Shown here: positions 35,245-47,645 of the stretch, one piece after another
Layout: each line of letters starts with the position of its first letter
Numbering within the stretch: position 1 is the first letter of the stretch
Assembly: GCA_035635555.1 (NCBI GenBank)
Contig: DASQAT010000028.1
Span: forward strand, 7,885 to 71,884
DNA: 64,000 nt
Direction of reading: 5' to 3'
DNA from: Candidatus Dormiibacterota bacterium
Lineage (GTDB): Bacteria > Acidobacteriota > Polarisedimenticolia > Gp22-AA2
The notes under the pieces: model-generated
Seen by the model: only the letters and a program-made list of their open reading frames with translations
The model's database searches: none
Told to the model about the DNA's origin: nothing
Translations under genes and position numbers: made by a program

Positions 35245-36366
35245 ATGATCGAGCCTCACATACCCCTGTATCTGACTCTGGCGTTCCTCCTGGTGGCGGG
35301 GAACGCCTTTTTCGTGGCGGCCGAGTTCGCCATCGTCAAGGTGCGCGCGTCGCGCATCCACGAGATGGTCTCGTCGCGTCTGCCGGGGTCGCACCTGGCG
35401 GCCGAGCTGGTCGCGAACCTCGACCAGTACCTGTCGGCCTGCCAGCTCGGGGTCACCATGGTCAGCCTCGGTCTCGGCTGGGTGGGTGAGGAGGCGTTCA
35501 CCGGCCTGCTGCTTCCGCTGCTCCAGGGGCTCGGTGCGCTGGCCTCCCCGACCGCGCACACCATCGCCGCCGTCCTGGCGTTCGCGATCATCACGGCCCT
35601 GCACATCGTCCTGGGGGAGCTCGTCCCCAAGCGGGCGGCGATCCGCCGGCCGGGAAGGATGGCGCGCGTCGCCGCGCCTGTGCTGATGGCCTTCAACCGG
35701 ATCTTCTACCCGGCCCTGTGGCTCCTGACGAAGACAGCCAACGGCATCCTGTCGCTGCTCGGTCTGCGCGGCCACGAGGAGCCCGGCCTGTCGGAGAACG
35801 AGCTCCGTTTCCTGTTCGCCGAGTCGCTGCGCAAGGGGGTCATCACGCACAGCGAGGCGGAGATCATGGAGCGCGCCACGCGCTTCGCCGATCGGACGGC
35901 GCACGACGTCATGGTGCCGCTCGAGCGCGTGGTCACCTGGTCGTTCGATCGCCCCATCGAGGAGAACCTGGCCCTGGCGCGCGCCGAGAAGCATACCCGC
36001 TACCCGGTGTACGACGCGCGTCGCGGGGACCTGGTCGGCGTCATCAATCTGAAGGCTCTGGCGCTCTACAGCGAGAAGGACGCCGCCGACAAGGACAAGG
36101 CGCAGGCGCAGGATTCGAGCATCGTGAAGGAGCTGCTGCGGGTCCCCGAGGACCGGCGCATCGACGCCGTCCTGAAGGAGATGCGGCGGCGCCGCCTCCA
36201 TATGGCTGCGGTCGTCGATCGACAGGGAAGGGCGATCGGTATCCTGACGATGGAGGACATCATCGAGGAGATCTTCGGGGAGATCGAAGACGAATTCGAG
36301 ACCGCGTCCGCATCCCCCGCGCCCGGTCCCCAGGGACCGGGAACCGCGTCGCAGGGTGCCAGGTGA
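35245..36366 (+). CDS. CNNM/HlyC-CorC family protein (DUF21 TM domain, tandem CBS domains, CorC_HlyC C-terminal domain)
   Basis: Four TM helices at the N-terminus, then CBS pairs and a C-terminal transporter-associated domain. Confidence 0.8.
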   Translation: MIEPHIPLYLTLAFLLVAGNAFFVAAEFAIVKVRASRIHEMVSSRLPGSHLAAELVANLDQYLSACQLGVTMVSLGLGWVGEEAFTGLLLPLLQGLGALASPTAHTIAAVLAFAIITALHIVLGELVPKRAAIRRPGRMARVAAPVLMAFNRIFYPALWLLTKTANGILSLLGLRGHEEPGLSENELRFLFAESLRKGVITHSEAEIMERATRFADRTAHDVMVPLERVVTWSFDRPIEENLALARAEKHTRYPVYDARRGDLVGVINLKALALYSEKDAADKDKAQAQDSSIVKELLRVPEDRRIDAVLKEMRRRRLHMAAVVDRQGRAIGILTMEDIIEEIFGEIEDEFETASASPAPGPQGPGTASQGAR

Positions 36367-36376
36367 AGGAGCGCCG

Positions 36377-37114
36377 ATGACGCACAACGCCTCCCGTCCC
36401 GTTCTGATCGTCGCCCCGCAGCTCGAGACGCTCCTCGGCCTGTCCCAGGCGCTCTTGAAATTCGGCTTCCAGATCATGACCGCCTACCCGCAGGCGCCGG
36501 ACGTGGAGCGCGGAGCCCGCATGCATCCGGTGCTCGTCCTGCTCTGCCCGCCCGCCGACGCCGGCGAAAGGACCGCGTGTCTCGACCTCATCCGGACTCA
36601 TTTTCTCAAGAGAGGTGTGGCCGTGCTGGCCTGCGTGTCGAACGAGGACGAGGGCCGGGCCGTCCAGGACGGGGCGCGCGGCGCGCGGCTCCTGGTCGGG
36701 AGCCCGCTGCGCCTGAACGATCTCTATCTGAAGATCCAGGAGGTCTTCGCCACCGATCGGAGGCGCCAGCTGCGCATCCGGACCGAGATGGCGGTGGCGC
36801 ACCGCGAGCCCGGGATGTACCACGACGACCAGTTCAAATACGACAGCATGACGTCCCTCGCCCTCGGCGGCTGCTACGTCCGCACCAGCGCCCCCCTCCC
36901 GATCGGCACCCGCGTCGAGATGGTCTTCAGCGTCGGCAGGACCGAGCGCAGCATCCGCGCCCTCGGCGTCGTAAGGCGTCACGGCTCGCCGTCCACGGGC
37001 GAGCCGCCCGGCATGGGGATCGAGTTCGAGGCGCTTCCGGAGCCCGGGCGCTCGGCCCTGGAGACCTTCCTCCTCGACCAGCTCGGCACGCTCGACCTGC
37101 CGGCGGCGCTTTGA
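36377..37114 (+). CDS. Receiver-like domain fused to a PilZ domain (putative c-di-GMP effector)
   Basis: The N-terminus is VLIVAPQLETLLGLSQALLKFGFQIMTAY (CheY-like fold). The C-terminus has RRRQLRIRTEM…DSMTSLALGGCYVRT…GMGIEFE (RxxxR…DxSxxG PilZ motifs). Confidence 0.6.
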   Translation: MTHNASRPVLIVAPQLETLLGLSQALLKFGFQIMTAYPQAPDVERGARMHPVLVLLCPPADAGERTACLDLIRTHFLKRGVAVLACVSNEDEGRAVQDGARGARLLVGSPLRLNDLYLKIQEVFATDRRRQLRIRTEMAVAHREPGMYHDDQFKYDSMTSLALGGCYVRTSAPLPIGTRVEMVFSVGRTERSIRALGVVRRHGSPSTGEPPGMGIEFEALPEPGRSALETFLLDQLGTLDLPAAL

Positions 37115-37128
37115 GCGCCGGCGGGCCG

Positions 37129-38490
37129 ATGCCGCCGCTGTGCGCGAATGCGCTGGTGCTCTGTGCCCTGGCCGCCTGTCTCACCGCCTGCGATGGAAAC
37201 GCGATCGCCGACCACGGCCGGGTCGTCATCTTCGGGATCGACGGCGCCGACTGGCAGGTGATCGAGCCGCTGGTGGCGCGCGGCCGTCTTCCGCATTTCA
37301 AGCGATTGATCGAAGAGGGGGCCACCGGGACGCTGCAGTCGATGGAGCCGTCGGCGTCCCCGTCCCTCTGGACCACCATCGCGACCGGGGTGCGGCCGGA
37401 TCGTCACGGCATCCACGGCTTCGTCGTCGAGGGGAGCGGCGGGCCGGGGGACGCGGCGCACGGCGAGGAGGGGAGGGCGGAGCCGGCGGGCCGGCGTGAC
37501 GACGTGCGTCCGGTCACGAGCACCATGCGGCGCGCCCCGGCCTTCTGGAACATCCTGCCGCGCTACGGGCGCAAGGTCGGGGTCGTCGGCTGGCTGGTCA
37601 CCTGGCCGGCGGAGCCGACGAACGGCTACATCGTTTCCTCCTACCTGCCATACATCTACAACTGGTCCACCGGCCGCCCGCTCAAGGGGACGATTGTTTC
37701 GGGGATACCGAAGCAGACCTTCCCGGAGTCCCTGGTCGACGATCTGGAGAGCGACAAGGTGAAGCCCGCCGACCTGCCGGCCGGGACGGTGCGCCGGTTC
37801 TACGACCCGGACCGCGTCCGGTCCCTGCCGGCCGACGACCGCGAGTGCGTCGAGGGGTTCCTGTGGAGCCTGGCCTGCGACGAGACGTATCGCCGCATCG
37901 GGCTCCGGCTGTTCGAGAAGTACCCGGTCGATCTGTTCGCGATCTATTTCGGCGGCGTCGACGTCTCCTCGCACCGCTTCTGGAAATTCGCCCACCCGGA
38001 CGCCATGGATTACGGCGTCAGGCCCGACGAGGCGGCCGCCCTGGGGGGCGTCATCGACGCCTACTACGTCTATGTGGACGGGCTCCTGGGGGAGTATCTC
38101 GACCGGATCGGCCCGGAGACGACGCTCGTCGTCCTCTCCGATCATGGGTTCAAGGCGGTCCTCTTTCCGGGGAAGCCGACGACCTCGGGGCATCACCGCA
38201 TGCAAGGGGTCCTGGCGCTCTACGGGCGCGGCGTGCGACGCGACACGACGATCGAGGGGGCGGGGCTCCTGGACGTGCTGCCGACGCTTCTGCGGCTCCT
38301 CAACGTACCGATCGCCCGCGACCTGGAGGGGAAGGTCCTCGAGCAGGCGCTCGACGCGGGCTTCTCCGGGGCGCATCCGGCCACGTGGGTGGACACCTAC
38401 GGCGCGGCGGAGCACGGAGGGGCGCCCGACGAGTCGGACCTCGACCGCAACGTCCTCGAGAGACTGCGCTCTCTCGGCTACATCAACTGA
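37129..38490 (+). CDS. Alkaline-phosphatase-superfamily lipoprotein (type I phosphodiesterase / nucleotide pyrophosphatase-like)
   Basis: Start reassigned to MPPLCANALVLCALAACLTAC (lipobox). VVIFGIDGADWQVIEPL…TLQSMEPSASPSLWTTIATGVRPDRHGI matches AP-superfamily metal and nucleophile sites. The track ORF 36577..38490 carries a spurious N-terminal extension. Confidence 0.7.
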   Translation: MPPLCANALVLCALAACLTACDGNAIADHGRVVIFGIDGADWQVIEPLVARGRLPHFKRLIEEGATGTLQSMEPSASPSLWTTIATGVRPDRHGIHGFVVEGSGGPGDAAHGEEGRAEPAGRRDDVRPVTSTMRRAPAFWNILPRYGRKVGVVGWLVTWPAEPTNGYIVSSYLPYIYNWSTGRPLKGTIVSGIPKQTFPESLVDDLESDKVKPADLPAGTVRRFYDPDRVRSLPADDRECVEGFLWSLACDETYRRIGLRLFEKYPVDLFAIYFGGVDVSSHRFWKFAHPDAMDYGVRPDEAAALGGVIDAYYVYVDGLLGEYLDRIGPETTLVVLSDHGFKAVLFPGKPTTSGHHRMQGVLALYGRGVRRDTTIEGAGLLDVLPTLLRLLNVPIARDLEGKVLEQALDAGFSGAHPATWVDTYGAAEHGGAPDESDLDRNVLERLRSLGYIN

Positions 38491-38514
38491 ACGCGTCGGG
38501 GCCCGCGGCCGGCT

Positions 38515-39117
38515 TCAGCGCGTCGGGAAGCGCCAGCCGACGCCGAACGAGACCTCCTGAAAGCTGAAGCTCTCGCTGTCCGAAAACACCGGCAGGTTCC
38601 CCGAGAAGAAATTCTGACGGGCCTCGACGCGCGCATAGAGGACTCGTCCCAGGAAGAAGCGGACGCCGCCACCAAGACCGAACGTCAGGTCCGTTTCGGT
38701 TCCGAGCGCCGAGTCATCCGTGCTGAGGAAGCCCACTCCCGCGGTGAGGTAGGGAACGACGTCGTGCGAGGTGAAGTTGAAGACGTAGGCCGTCTGGAAA
38801 TGCGTGATGTTGTCGTCCGCGATGCCGATGATGGCACCGGTGCTGTCACGGATGGCGCCGGTGGTCGAGACGCTATCGATCAGGAATTCGACCTCCTGCT
38901 GCGGGTTGTAGAGGTAGCCGAAGCGGAAACCGACTCCGGTGTCGCCGTCCAGGTCGGTGCTTTTCTCGAAATTGAAATAGGTCAGGTAGCCGTTGAGCTC
39001 GAACCCGCGGTGGAAACCGCCGCGATAGGGCCGCGCCTGCGCCGAGGCGTCCGGGACGAACAGGAAAGCTGCGAGGAGGACAGTCAGAGCGGACAGCAGT
39101 CGTTTCGCGTTGATCAT
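38515..39117 (-). CDS. Small outer-membrane beta-barrel protein (OmpW/OmpA-like porin family)
   Basis: Signal peptide MINAKRLLSALTVLLAAFLFVPDASAQA. Alternating amphipathic beta strands. Ends …FGVGWRFPTR (aromatic-rich C-terminal strand). Confidence 0.7.
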   Translation of the reverse strand: MINAKRLLSALTVLLAAFLFVPDASAQARPYRGGFHRGFELNGYLTYFNFEKSTDLDGDTGVGFRFGYLYNPQQEVEFLIDSVSTTGAIRDSTGAIIGIADDNITHFQTAYVFNFTSHDVVPYLTAGVGFLSTDDSALGTETDLTFGLGGGVRFFLGRVLYARVEARQNFFSGNLPVFSDSESFSFQEVSFGVGWRFPTR

Positions 39118-39207
39118 CGATGTTCTCCCGGCGCCCCCGCGAGACCCCCGGGACGAGGGCGCGTTGACCCTATTTTTGCACGCATGCTATAGTTCGCCAA
39201 ATCTCGT

Positions 39208-39283
39208 GGGGCGTTAGCTCAGCTGGGAGAGCGCGAGGCTGGCAGTCTCGAGGTCGGGGGTTCGATCCCCCCACGCTCCACCA
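39208..39283 (+). tRNA. tRNA-Ala (anticodon GGC)
   Basis: GGGGCGTTAGCTCAGCTGGGAGAGCGCGAGGCTGGCAGTCTCGAGGTCGGGGGTTCGATCCCCCCACGCTCCACCA. The anticodon loop CTGGCAG gives GGC. It has the G3:U70 Ala identity pair, GTTCGATC T-loop and an encoded CCA. Confidence 0.9.
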
Positions 39284-39466
39284 CGATTCCCTCCTTACGC
39301 GTTCAGTCTTCGAAGATCGTCTTCCTGTGCTTCGGGGGCTTCGTCCGTCTGTCTGCGTGGCGCTGGTGCGGTTTCCTTGGAAGAGGAAGGCGGACGCCCG
39401 GCAGCCCCTTTCTCCGGCGGGGGCGGCGGCGCCTGGGCTCGGGCATGAGAGGGCCGGGCGCGGGGT

Positions 39467-42024
<2,558 letters not shown>

Positions 42025-42028
<4 letters not shown>

Positions 42029-42933
42029 CCCGCTTTCGCCGCCTGGTCGCCGCGTCCGTCGGCGAAGAAGCGGTAGGCGATGATCTTGTAGATCAGCTTG
42101 GCCGCCAGAAAATCGGGCGCGACGTCTGCTCCCAGGGGCCGCAGCTCGTTCACGTCGAACCCGACCAGCCTCTTCTTCCTGCACACGCCCCGGATAAAGG
42201 CCAGTGTGTCGTACCACCCCGGCCCGCCAGGCTCCGGAGTGCCGGTGGCCGGCATGATGGCCGGGTCGAAGTAATCCACGTCAATTGTAAGGTATATCTC
42301 GTCCGTCAGGCGGTCAACCAGTTCCAGCGCCCTTTCCGGCCGGCCGACGAAGTCCCGCGCCGGCACGACCATCAGGCTCTTCGCCCGGATCAGATCGCGC
42401 TCCTCCCGGGAGATGCTGCGGATGCCGACCTGGAGGGTCGGCAGGCGCCCGGCGAAATGGTGCATGGCGCAGGCGTGGCTGAACTCGGACCCCTCGTAGG
42501 TGGCCCGCAGATCGCCGTGGGCGTCGAACTGGATGACCGACAGCTTCGGGTGCTTCCGGTGGTACGCCTTGATCGCTCCCACGGCGACGCTGTGCTCCCC
42601 CCCGAGGACCACCGGCATCTTCCCCATCTCCAGGTACCGCGCCGTGGCCTCCTCGACCTTGCGGGTCATGACCTCGGGCGGGTCGTCGTTGCCGGAGACG
42701 GGCGCAGCGGTGTGGATGCCGATGGTGTAGGGATCGCGGTCGATCTCGTCGTCGTACAGCTCCATGAATCGCGAGGCCTCGACGATCGCCTCGGGCCCCC
42801 GCGCGGTCCCCTTCATGTACGAGGCTGTCCGGTCGTAGGGGACCGGCAGGATGACGACGCGCGCCCGTTCCAGCGACGAGTGCTCCTCGTCCAGGCCGCC
42901 GTAGTTCATCGGAAGCTCGGGGTGCTCGCCCAT
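42025..42933 (-). CDS. speB: Agmatinase (arginase/ureohydrolase family)
   Basis: Mn-binding motifs GGEHS, DAHGD and the SIDVD-like TIDVDYFDP. The start is MGEHPELPMNYGG, 6 nt after the pdaD stop. Confidence 0.85.
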
Positions 42934-42938
42934 GGACG

Positions 42939-43484
42939 TCAGGGGATGAGGACCGCGGCGGTCACGACCGTCGTCCAGCGTCCCCGCTTGTCCCCCACGG
43001 CCGACTGGCAGGTGTTCATGGTGCGGTAGATCTCGCCGCTGATCTTCCAGATCTCTTTCCGCTCGTCGTAGGAGGTCTCCGGGTCGAACTCGACCCCCCG
43101 GACCGTCGCCAGCATCTGCGCGGCCAGATCCTCGGCGTAGTCGCCGGCCACCGTCTCGGTCTGCCCGAACGAATGGTGCTCGCTCAGGTAGCCGTGACCG
43201 CCGTGCTTCCCGGGGATCGCGATGCCGATGGAGGAGGCGCACAGGCGGTGCGGCTCGTTGGTCTCCGCCTGGCTCATGACGCAGAAGACGACCTCGCCGG
43301 CCCGCAGGTACTTGACCCCCTCCTTCTTGGTGATGATCTTGCAGCCGGGAGGGAAGATGCTGCTGACCCGGACGATGTTGAAGTGGGCGATGCCGGCGTC
43401 GCGCAGCGCCATCTCGAACGAGTTGAGCTTCTCCCGGTGCCGGCCCACACCCTTGGTAAGGAACATCTTCTTCGAAACGAACAT
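42939..43484 (-). CDS. pdaD: Pyruvoyl-dependent arginine decarboxylase
   Basis: MFVSKKMFLTKGVGRHREKLNSFEMALRDAGIAHFNIVRVSSIFPPGCKI matches the PdaD family, including the self-cleavage Ser in VSSI. Confidence 0.85.
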   Translation of the reverse strand: MFVSKKMFLTKGVGRHREKLNSFEMALRDAGIAHFNIVRVSSIFPPGCKIITKKEGVKYLRAGEVVFCVMSQAETNEPHRLCASSIGIAIPGKHGGHGYLSEHHSFGQTETVAGDYAEDLAAQMLATVRGVEFDPETSYDERKEIWKISGEIYRTMNTCQSAVGDKRGRWTTVVTAAVLIP

Positions 43485-43560
43485 CGCGACCCTCGCGCTG
43501 ACGATCGGTTGGAGTTAGGGTAATCCGTGCCGATTTATAGCACAAAGCGTCGGCCGCCGA

Positions 43561-44079
43561 TCAGGGAGTTTCCTTGAGGACCTGCAGGACGGCGCGGCGC
43601 AGGGCGTCGTAGGGGATCGTTTCGGCCCCGGGAACCGGGGCGCGGCCGTCCACGTCGGCCGCCTTCACAGTCTCGCCGCTCACCAGGAAGACACCTCGGC
43701 CCCGCCCCGCCGCAGAGGTCAGCCCGATCTTGCTCTCCGGCCTGAGGAAGACCACGTATTCGACGCCGGGAGCGAAGACCGTCAGGCCGGCGATACGCCC
43801 CAGGTCGCCGACATCCCGCTCGGGCGTCCCGGTCTGGCGGAAGGTGAGATATAGCGGTCCGCTTCCCTTCAGGTATTCACTCACCTCGAAGGCGTAGGTC
43901 GTCGCGGCCAGGGGCCGACCCTTGAAGTCCACGGTCCCGGGACGGGCGGCAACGCAGCGTCCCCTGAACACCCGCGACGCGCTCCGGGTCAGCTCCGCGG
44001 TCGAGTACGAGGCGGCGAGCAGGAAGGGGACGAGGAGGGCGAGCCCTCCGATGGCGCGGACGGCGTGACGGACACGCAT
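43561..44079 (-). CDS. Secreted hypothetical protein
   Basis: Signal peptide MRVRHAVRAIGGLALLVPFLLAASYSTA. No recognisable domain. Confidence 0.5.
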   Translation of the reverse strand: MRVRHAVRAIGGLALLVPFLLAASYSTAELTRSASRVFRGRCVAARPGTVDFKGRPLAATTYAFEVSEYLKGSGPLYLTFRQTGTPERDVGDLGRIAGLTVFAPGVEYVVFLRPESKIGLTSAAGRGRGVFLVSGETVKAADVDGRAPVPGAETIPYDALRRAVLQVLKETP

Positions 44080-44186
44080 GCCGGATCTCCCGGACGGCGG
44101 GGCGTCCTGGAGCCGAGCCGTCCGGGTGATCTATTACCTGATCGCGGGTCCCGGATCAACCATCCGGATGGCGCCGCCCATCCCCG

Positions 44187-46283
44187 CTACATCACGTCGA
44201 ATGCGTCGACGACGACGTATGTGGAGGCCGAGGAGGCGTTCTTGTTCCCGGTCACCTGGATCACGAGCGTGTGATTTCCGGCGGCGAGCCCGGTGACGCT
44301 GAACATGGACCCGGAAGCGGCCGGGCGCGTCGCTACGTAGGTGTCGACCGTCGCGACGACGGATCCATCCAGGAGAACACTCGCGATGCCGCACTGCTCG
44401 CACTTGAAGCCGATCCAGCTCACCCCCTGCCCGGTGAACGTGAAGCTCGCGGTCGCCCCCGCGTCGGCGGCCGCAGTCGCGGAATCGCCGCTCAGCGTCA
44501 CGCCTGTCGACGCGCTCGTCAGAGCGATCCAGGAGGCGGCCGGCGAGAGCGTCGCCGAGCTCTCCTCGAAGCGCGTGGAGGACGGCGGGGCCGAGTTGGA
44601 CACCGTCACGGTGACCGGGGCCGACGTGGTTCTGTTTCCGGCGGCGTCGCGGGCCGTGGCGGAGAGAGTGTGCGAACCGTTGCTCACGGTCGTCGTGTTC
44701 CAGGAGACAGAATAGGGCGCGGTGGTGTCCTCCGGGCCCAGCGCCACGCTGTCGAGCAGGAACAGGACCCCCGCGACGCCGATGTTGTCCGAAGCCGAGG
44801 CGCTCACCGTGGTCGTTCCCGATACCGTGGCGCCGTTGGCCGGGGAGGTGATATTGACCGTCGGAGGCGTGGTGTCGGGCGGCGGGCTGCCGCCGCCGCC
44901 GCTCGTCACGTCGAAGGCGTCGACGACGATCCAGGAGCAGCAGGCCGAAGCGCTCCAGGTCCCGGTGACCCTGATCATTATGGTGTGCGTTCCGGCCGCC
45001 AGGCCGCTGGCGGTGTACATCACCGCCTGCGCCTGCTGGGTCGGGGAATACGTGTCCACCGTCGCCTTGAGGACACCGTCCAGGTAGACCTCCGCGATGC
45101 CGCCGAAATCGGCCCTGAAGCCGATCCAGCGCACACCCGTCCCGTTGAAGGTCAGGCTGGCGGTCGATCCGGCGTCCGGGCCCTCCACGATGGAGCCGCC
45201 GCTCAGGTCGGCGCGGGACTGCGGGATCCAGTTGCCCGTGTAGGCCACGGACGGATCGGTCTCCTCGATCCGCGTCGTGCCACCCGTGGAGGTGTTGGAG
45301 ACCGAGACGATGACGGTGGTGGAGGTGGTGCTGTTGCCCGCGGCGTCGCGTGCGGTGGCGGTGAGAGAGTGCGAGCCGTTGGCGGCGGTCGTCGTGTCCC
45401 AGGAGATGGCGTAGGGCGACGTCGTATCCTCGCCGGCCAGGTTGGCTCCGTCGATCTTGAACTGCACGCCGGCGACACCGACGTTGTCGGACGCCGAGGC
45501 GGACACCGAGATGGTCCCGGAGACAGTGGCACCGTTGGCGGGAGCCGTGATGCTGACCGCCGGCGGCGTGGTGTCGGGCGGCGGGGCGTTGGAGACCGTA
45601 ACGGTGACAGTCGCAGAGGTGGTGCTGTTGCCCGCTGCATCGCGCGCGGCGGCGGTGAGGGAGTGCGAGCCGTTCGCCACAGTCGTGGTGTTCCAGGAGA
45701 CGCCGTAGGGCAACGATGTGTCTTCGGCACCCAGGTTGGCGCCGTCGAGCCTGAACTGCACACCCGCGACACCGACGTTGTCGGACGCGGAAGCGGTGAC
45801 CGAGATTGTCCCGGACACGGTCGTGCCGTTGCCGGGAGAAGTGATGCCGACCGCCGGTGGCGTGGTGTCGGGCGGAGGAGCGTTCGAGACCGTGACGGTG
45901 ACCGGTGACGAGGAGTACTGCAGGCCAAGAGCATCCCGCGCCACCGCCGTGAGGGAGTGCGACCCGTTGCCGACGCCGGTCGTATTCCACGAGACGGCGT
46001 AGGGAGCGGCCTTGTCCTCGGCGCCCAGGCTGGCGCCGTCGAGCTTGAACTGCACGCCTCCCACCAGGACGCCCAGAGGACTCACGCTTGCGCTGACGGT
46101 GATCGTCCCGCTGACGGTCGAGCCCGACGTCGGCGAGGTGATGGTCACGACCAGGTTGCCCTGCGCCCGGGCGTCCCGCGGGAAGGCCAGGGAGCCGCCG
46201 ATGACCGCCACGAGAGCAGCCGCGAAGTGGAACCCGACTCTGCGGGACCGATCACCCGGTTTCACGATAGTCGCCCTCCTCAT
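44187..46283 (-). CDS. Secreted cell-surface protein with four bacterial Ig-like repeats and a duplicated ~140-aa beta domain
   Basis: Signal peptide (…VGFHFAAALVAVIGGSLAFPRDARA). It has ~98-aa Ig-like repeats (…TVSGTISVSASASDNVGVAGVQFKIDGANLG…SHSLTATARDAAGNSTTS…) arranged as Ig-Ig-Ig-X-Ig-X. Confidence 0.7.
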   Translation of the reverse strand: MRRATIVKPGDRSRRVGFHFAAALVAVIGGSLAFPRDARAQGNLVVTITSPTSGSTVSGTITVSASVSPLGVLVGGVQFKLDGASLGAEDKAAPYAVSWNTTGVGNGSHSLTAVARDALGLQYSSSPVTVTVSNAPPPDTTPPAVGITSPGNGTTVSGTISVTASASDNVGVAGVQFRLDGANLGAEDTSLPYGVSWNTTTVANGSHSLTAAARDAAGNSTTSATVTVTVSNAPPPDTTPPAVSITAPANGATVSGTISVSASASDNVGVAGVQFKIDGANLAGEDTTSPYAISWDTTTAANGSHSLTATARDAAGNSTTSTTVIVSVSNTSTGGTTRIEETDPSVAYTGNWIPQSRADLSGGSIVEGPDAGSTASLTFNGTGVRWIGFRADFGGIAEVYLDGVLKATVDTYSPTQQAQAVMYTASGLAAGTHTIMIRVTGTWSASACCSWIVVDAFDVTSGGGGSPPPDTTPPTVNITSPANGATVSGTTTVSASASDNIGVAGVLFLLDSVALGPEDTTAPYSVSWNTTTVSNGSHTLSATARDAAGNRTTSAPVTVTVSNSAPPSSTRFEESSATLSPAASWIALTSASTGVTLSGDSATAAADAGATASFTFTGQGVSWIGFKCEQCGIASVLLDGSVVATVDTYVATRPAASGSMFSVTGLAAGNHTLVIQVTGNKNASSASTYVVVDAFDVM
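45266..46151. repeat. Tandem ~294-300 bp coding repeats (three consecutive Ig-like domain units; a fourth diverged unit lies downstream)
   Basis: Near-identical DNA blocks, e.g. gaccgccggcggcgtggtgtcgggcgg…cgtaacggtgac at ~45548 and ~45848, plus a diverged copy at ~44861. Confidence 0.7.
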
Positions 46284-46523
46284 CAGGCGATGAAGATGGA
46301 ACAAGTCGGCACGCAATGAAATCCGGTCTATGCCCCAATGAGCGAGGCTGAGAATCCGTATGGTGTGTCAGGAATCTCCCGACTGAACGTGCCGAATCGG
46401 ACCGAGTCCAGAAGTTCGCCCGAGGAGAGGACGGCGGAGGCCCAGGCGGGCCGGCGGACACGAACTTGACAGCCGGTGCGCGGCAGGATAGGGTCAGAAC
46501 ATCTTCAACCAGCGAGGGACGAG

Positions 46524-46940
46524 ATGACTGCCTCCAAGCAAACCCATGAGGGATCGTGCCAGTGCGGCCGCGTCCGCTACAAGGTCGAAGGGCCGCTGAG
46601 CAACATGTCGAACTGCCACTGCACCGACTGCCGCAAGAACAGCGGCGCCGCCTTCGTGACGTACGTCGAGGCGCCCAAGCGCGCCTTCGGATACGTCAAG
46701 GGCGCCGACCTGATACAGACCTACCAGGCCGAATCGGGCACCAAGCGGGCCTTCTGCCGACAGTGCGGCTCGACCCTCAGCTGCTTCGTGGACGGCGACG
46801 ATCTCATCGAAATCGCCGCCGCGACCCTCGACACGCCGATCGACCTGCGCCCCGAGTACCACATCTACGTGCGCAGCAAGGTCCCCTGGTACGAGATCAA
46901 CGACGGCAAGCCGCAGCACGAGACGACGAGCGGAAAGTAG
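46524..46940 (+). CDS. GFA-family (glutathione-dependent formaldehyde-activating / CENP-V-like) zinc protein
   Basis: CQCGRVRY…CHCTDCRK…CRQCGS are the conserved Cys clusters of the GFA family. Start at MTASKQTHEGSCQCG. Confidence 0.8.
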   Translation: MTASKQTHEGSCQCGRVRYKVEGPLSNMSNCHCTDCRKNSGAAFVTYVEAPKRAFGYVKGADLIQTYQAESGTKRAFCRQCGSTLSCFVDGDDLIEIAAATLDTPIDLRPEYHIYVRSKVPWYEINDGKPQHETTSGK

Positions 46941-46945
46941 ACGCC

Positions 46946-47578
46946 CTACCTCTTCGCGTACTTCACGCCGCAGCCGAACGCCTTGGTCTCGGCGACCTTC
47001 ACCGGCTGGCCGCCGACGACGGCGTCGAGGGCGGCGGCGAAGTCGTGCGTCGTGACCTTGTCCTGCTCGAGGGAGTCGTCGACGCGCCCGCGGTAGACCA
47101 GCTTGCCGGACGCATCAAGAAGGAAGACGTGCGGGGTGACCCTGGCGCCGTAGGCGGTGGCGATCGCCTGCGTCTCGTCGAGGACGTACGGGTAGGGAAG
47201 GTTCTTGTCCTTGGCTCTCTTGACCATGAACTCGAAGCCGTCGCCGGGGACGATCTTCGAATCGTTCGCGTTGATGGCGACGAAGCCGATCCCCTTCGGC
47301 TGGAATTCCTTCGCGAGCGCGATGAGCCGGTCTTCGTAACCCTTCGAGAACGGACACTCGTTGCAGGTGAAGACGACCGCGGTCCCCTTCGCCCCCTTGA
47401 CGTTGTCGAGGGAGTGCATCTTGCCGTCGGTCCCTTTCAGGTTGAAGGCGGCGCCCTGCGCGCCGATCGCCAGCTCATCGGCGGCCCGGGCGGCGGGCAC
47501 GGTGTGGAAGGCGAGGACGAGGACGGCGGCCGACAGGGCCGCGGCGGCGGTGACATTGAGAACCTGGCGACGGTGCAT
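46946..47578 (-). CDS. Secreted thioredoxin-fold protein (thiol-disulfide oxidoreductase-like, CxxC = CNEC)
   Basis: The signal peptide begins at MHRRQVLNVTAAAALSAAVLVLA. VVFTCNECPFSKGY marks a thioredoxin-like active-site region. Confidence 0.7.
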   Translation of the reverse strand: MHRRQVLNVTAAAALSAAVLVLAFHTVPAARAADELAIGAQGAAFNLKGTDGKMHSLDNVKGAKGTAVVFTCNECPFSKGYEDRLIALAKEFQPKGIGFVAINANDSKIVPGDGFEFMVKRAKDKNLPYPYVLDETQAIATAYGARVTPHVFLLDASGKLVYRGRVDDSLEQDKVTTHDFAAALDAVVGGQPVKVAETKAFGCGVKYAKR

Positions 47579-47645
47579 GGTGCCTCCTTCAGGGTTCAAG
47601 TGTTCAGCAGGGGAGCGACATTCTAATACAGGACCGCGCGTGCGG

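Noticed and set aside
36577-38490. 637-aa ORF with N-terminus MSRPHPDSF…
   Set aside because: The first 184 codons overlap the PilZ gene in another frame. The lipoprotein signal and RBS place the true start at 37129.
44060-46320. Possible CRISPR-like or other interspaced repeats in the repetitive 44.2-46.3 kb region
   Set aside because: The periodicity (~300 bp) and continuous coding frame show these are protein-domain (Ig-like) repeats, not a CRISPR array. No short interspaced direct repeats were seen elsewhere in the window.
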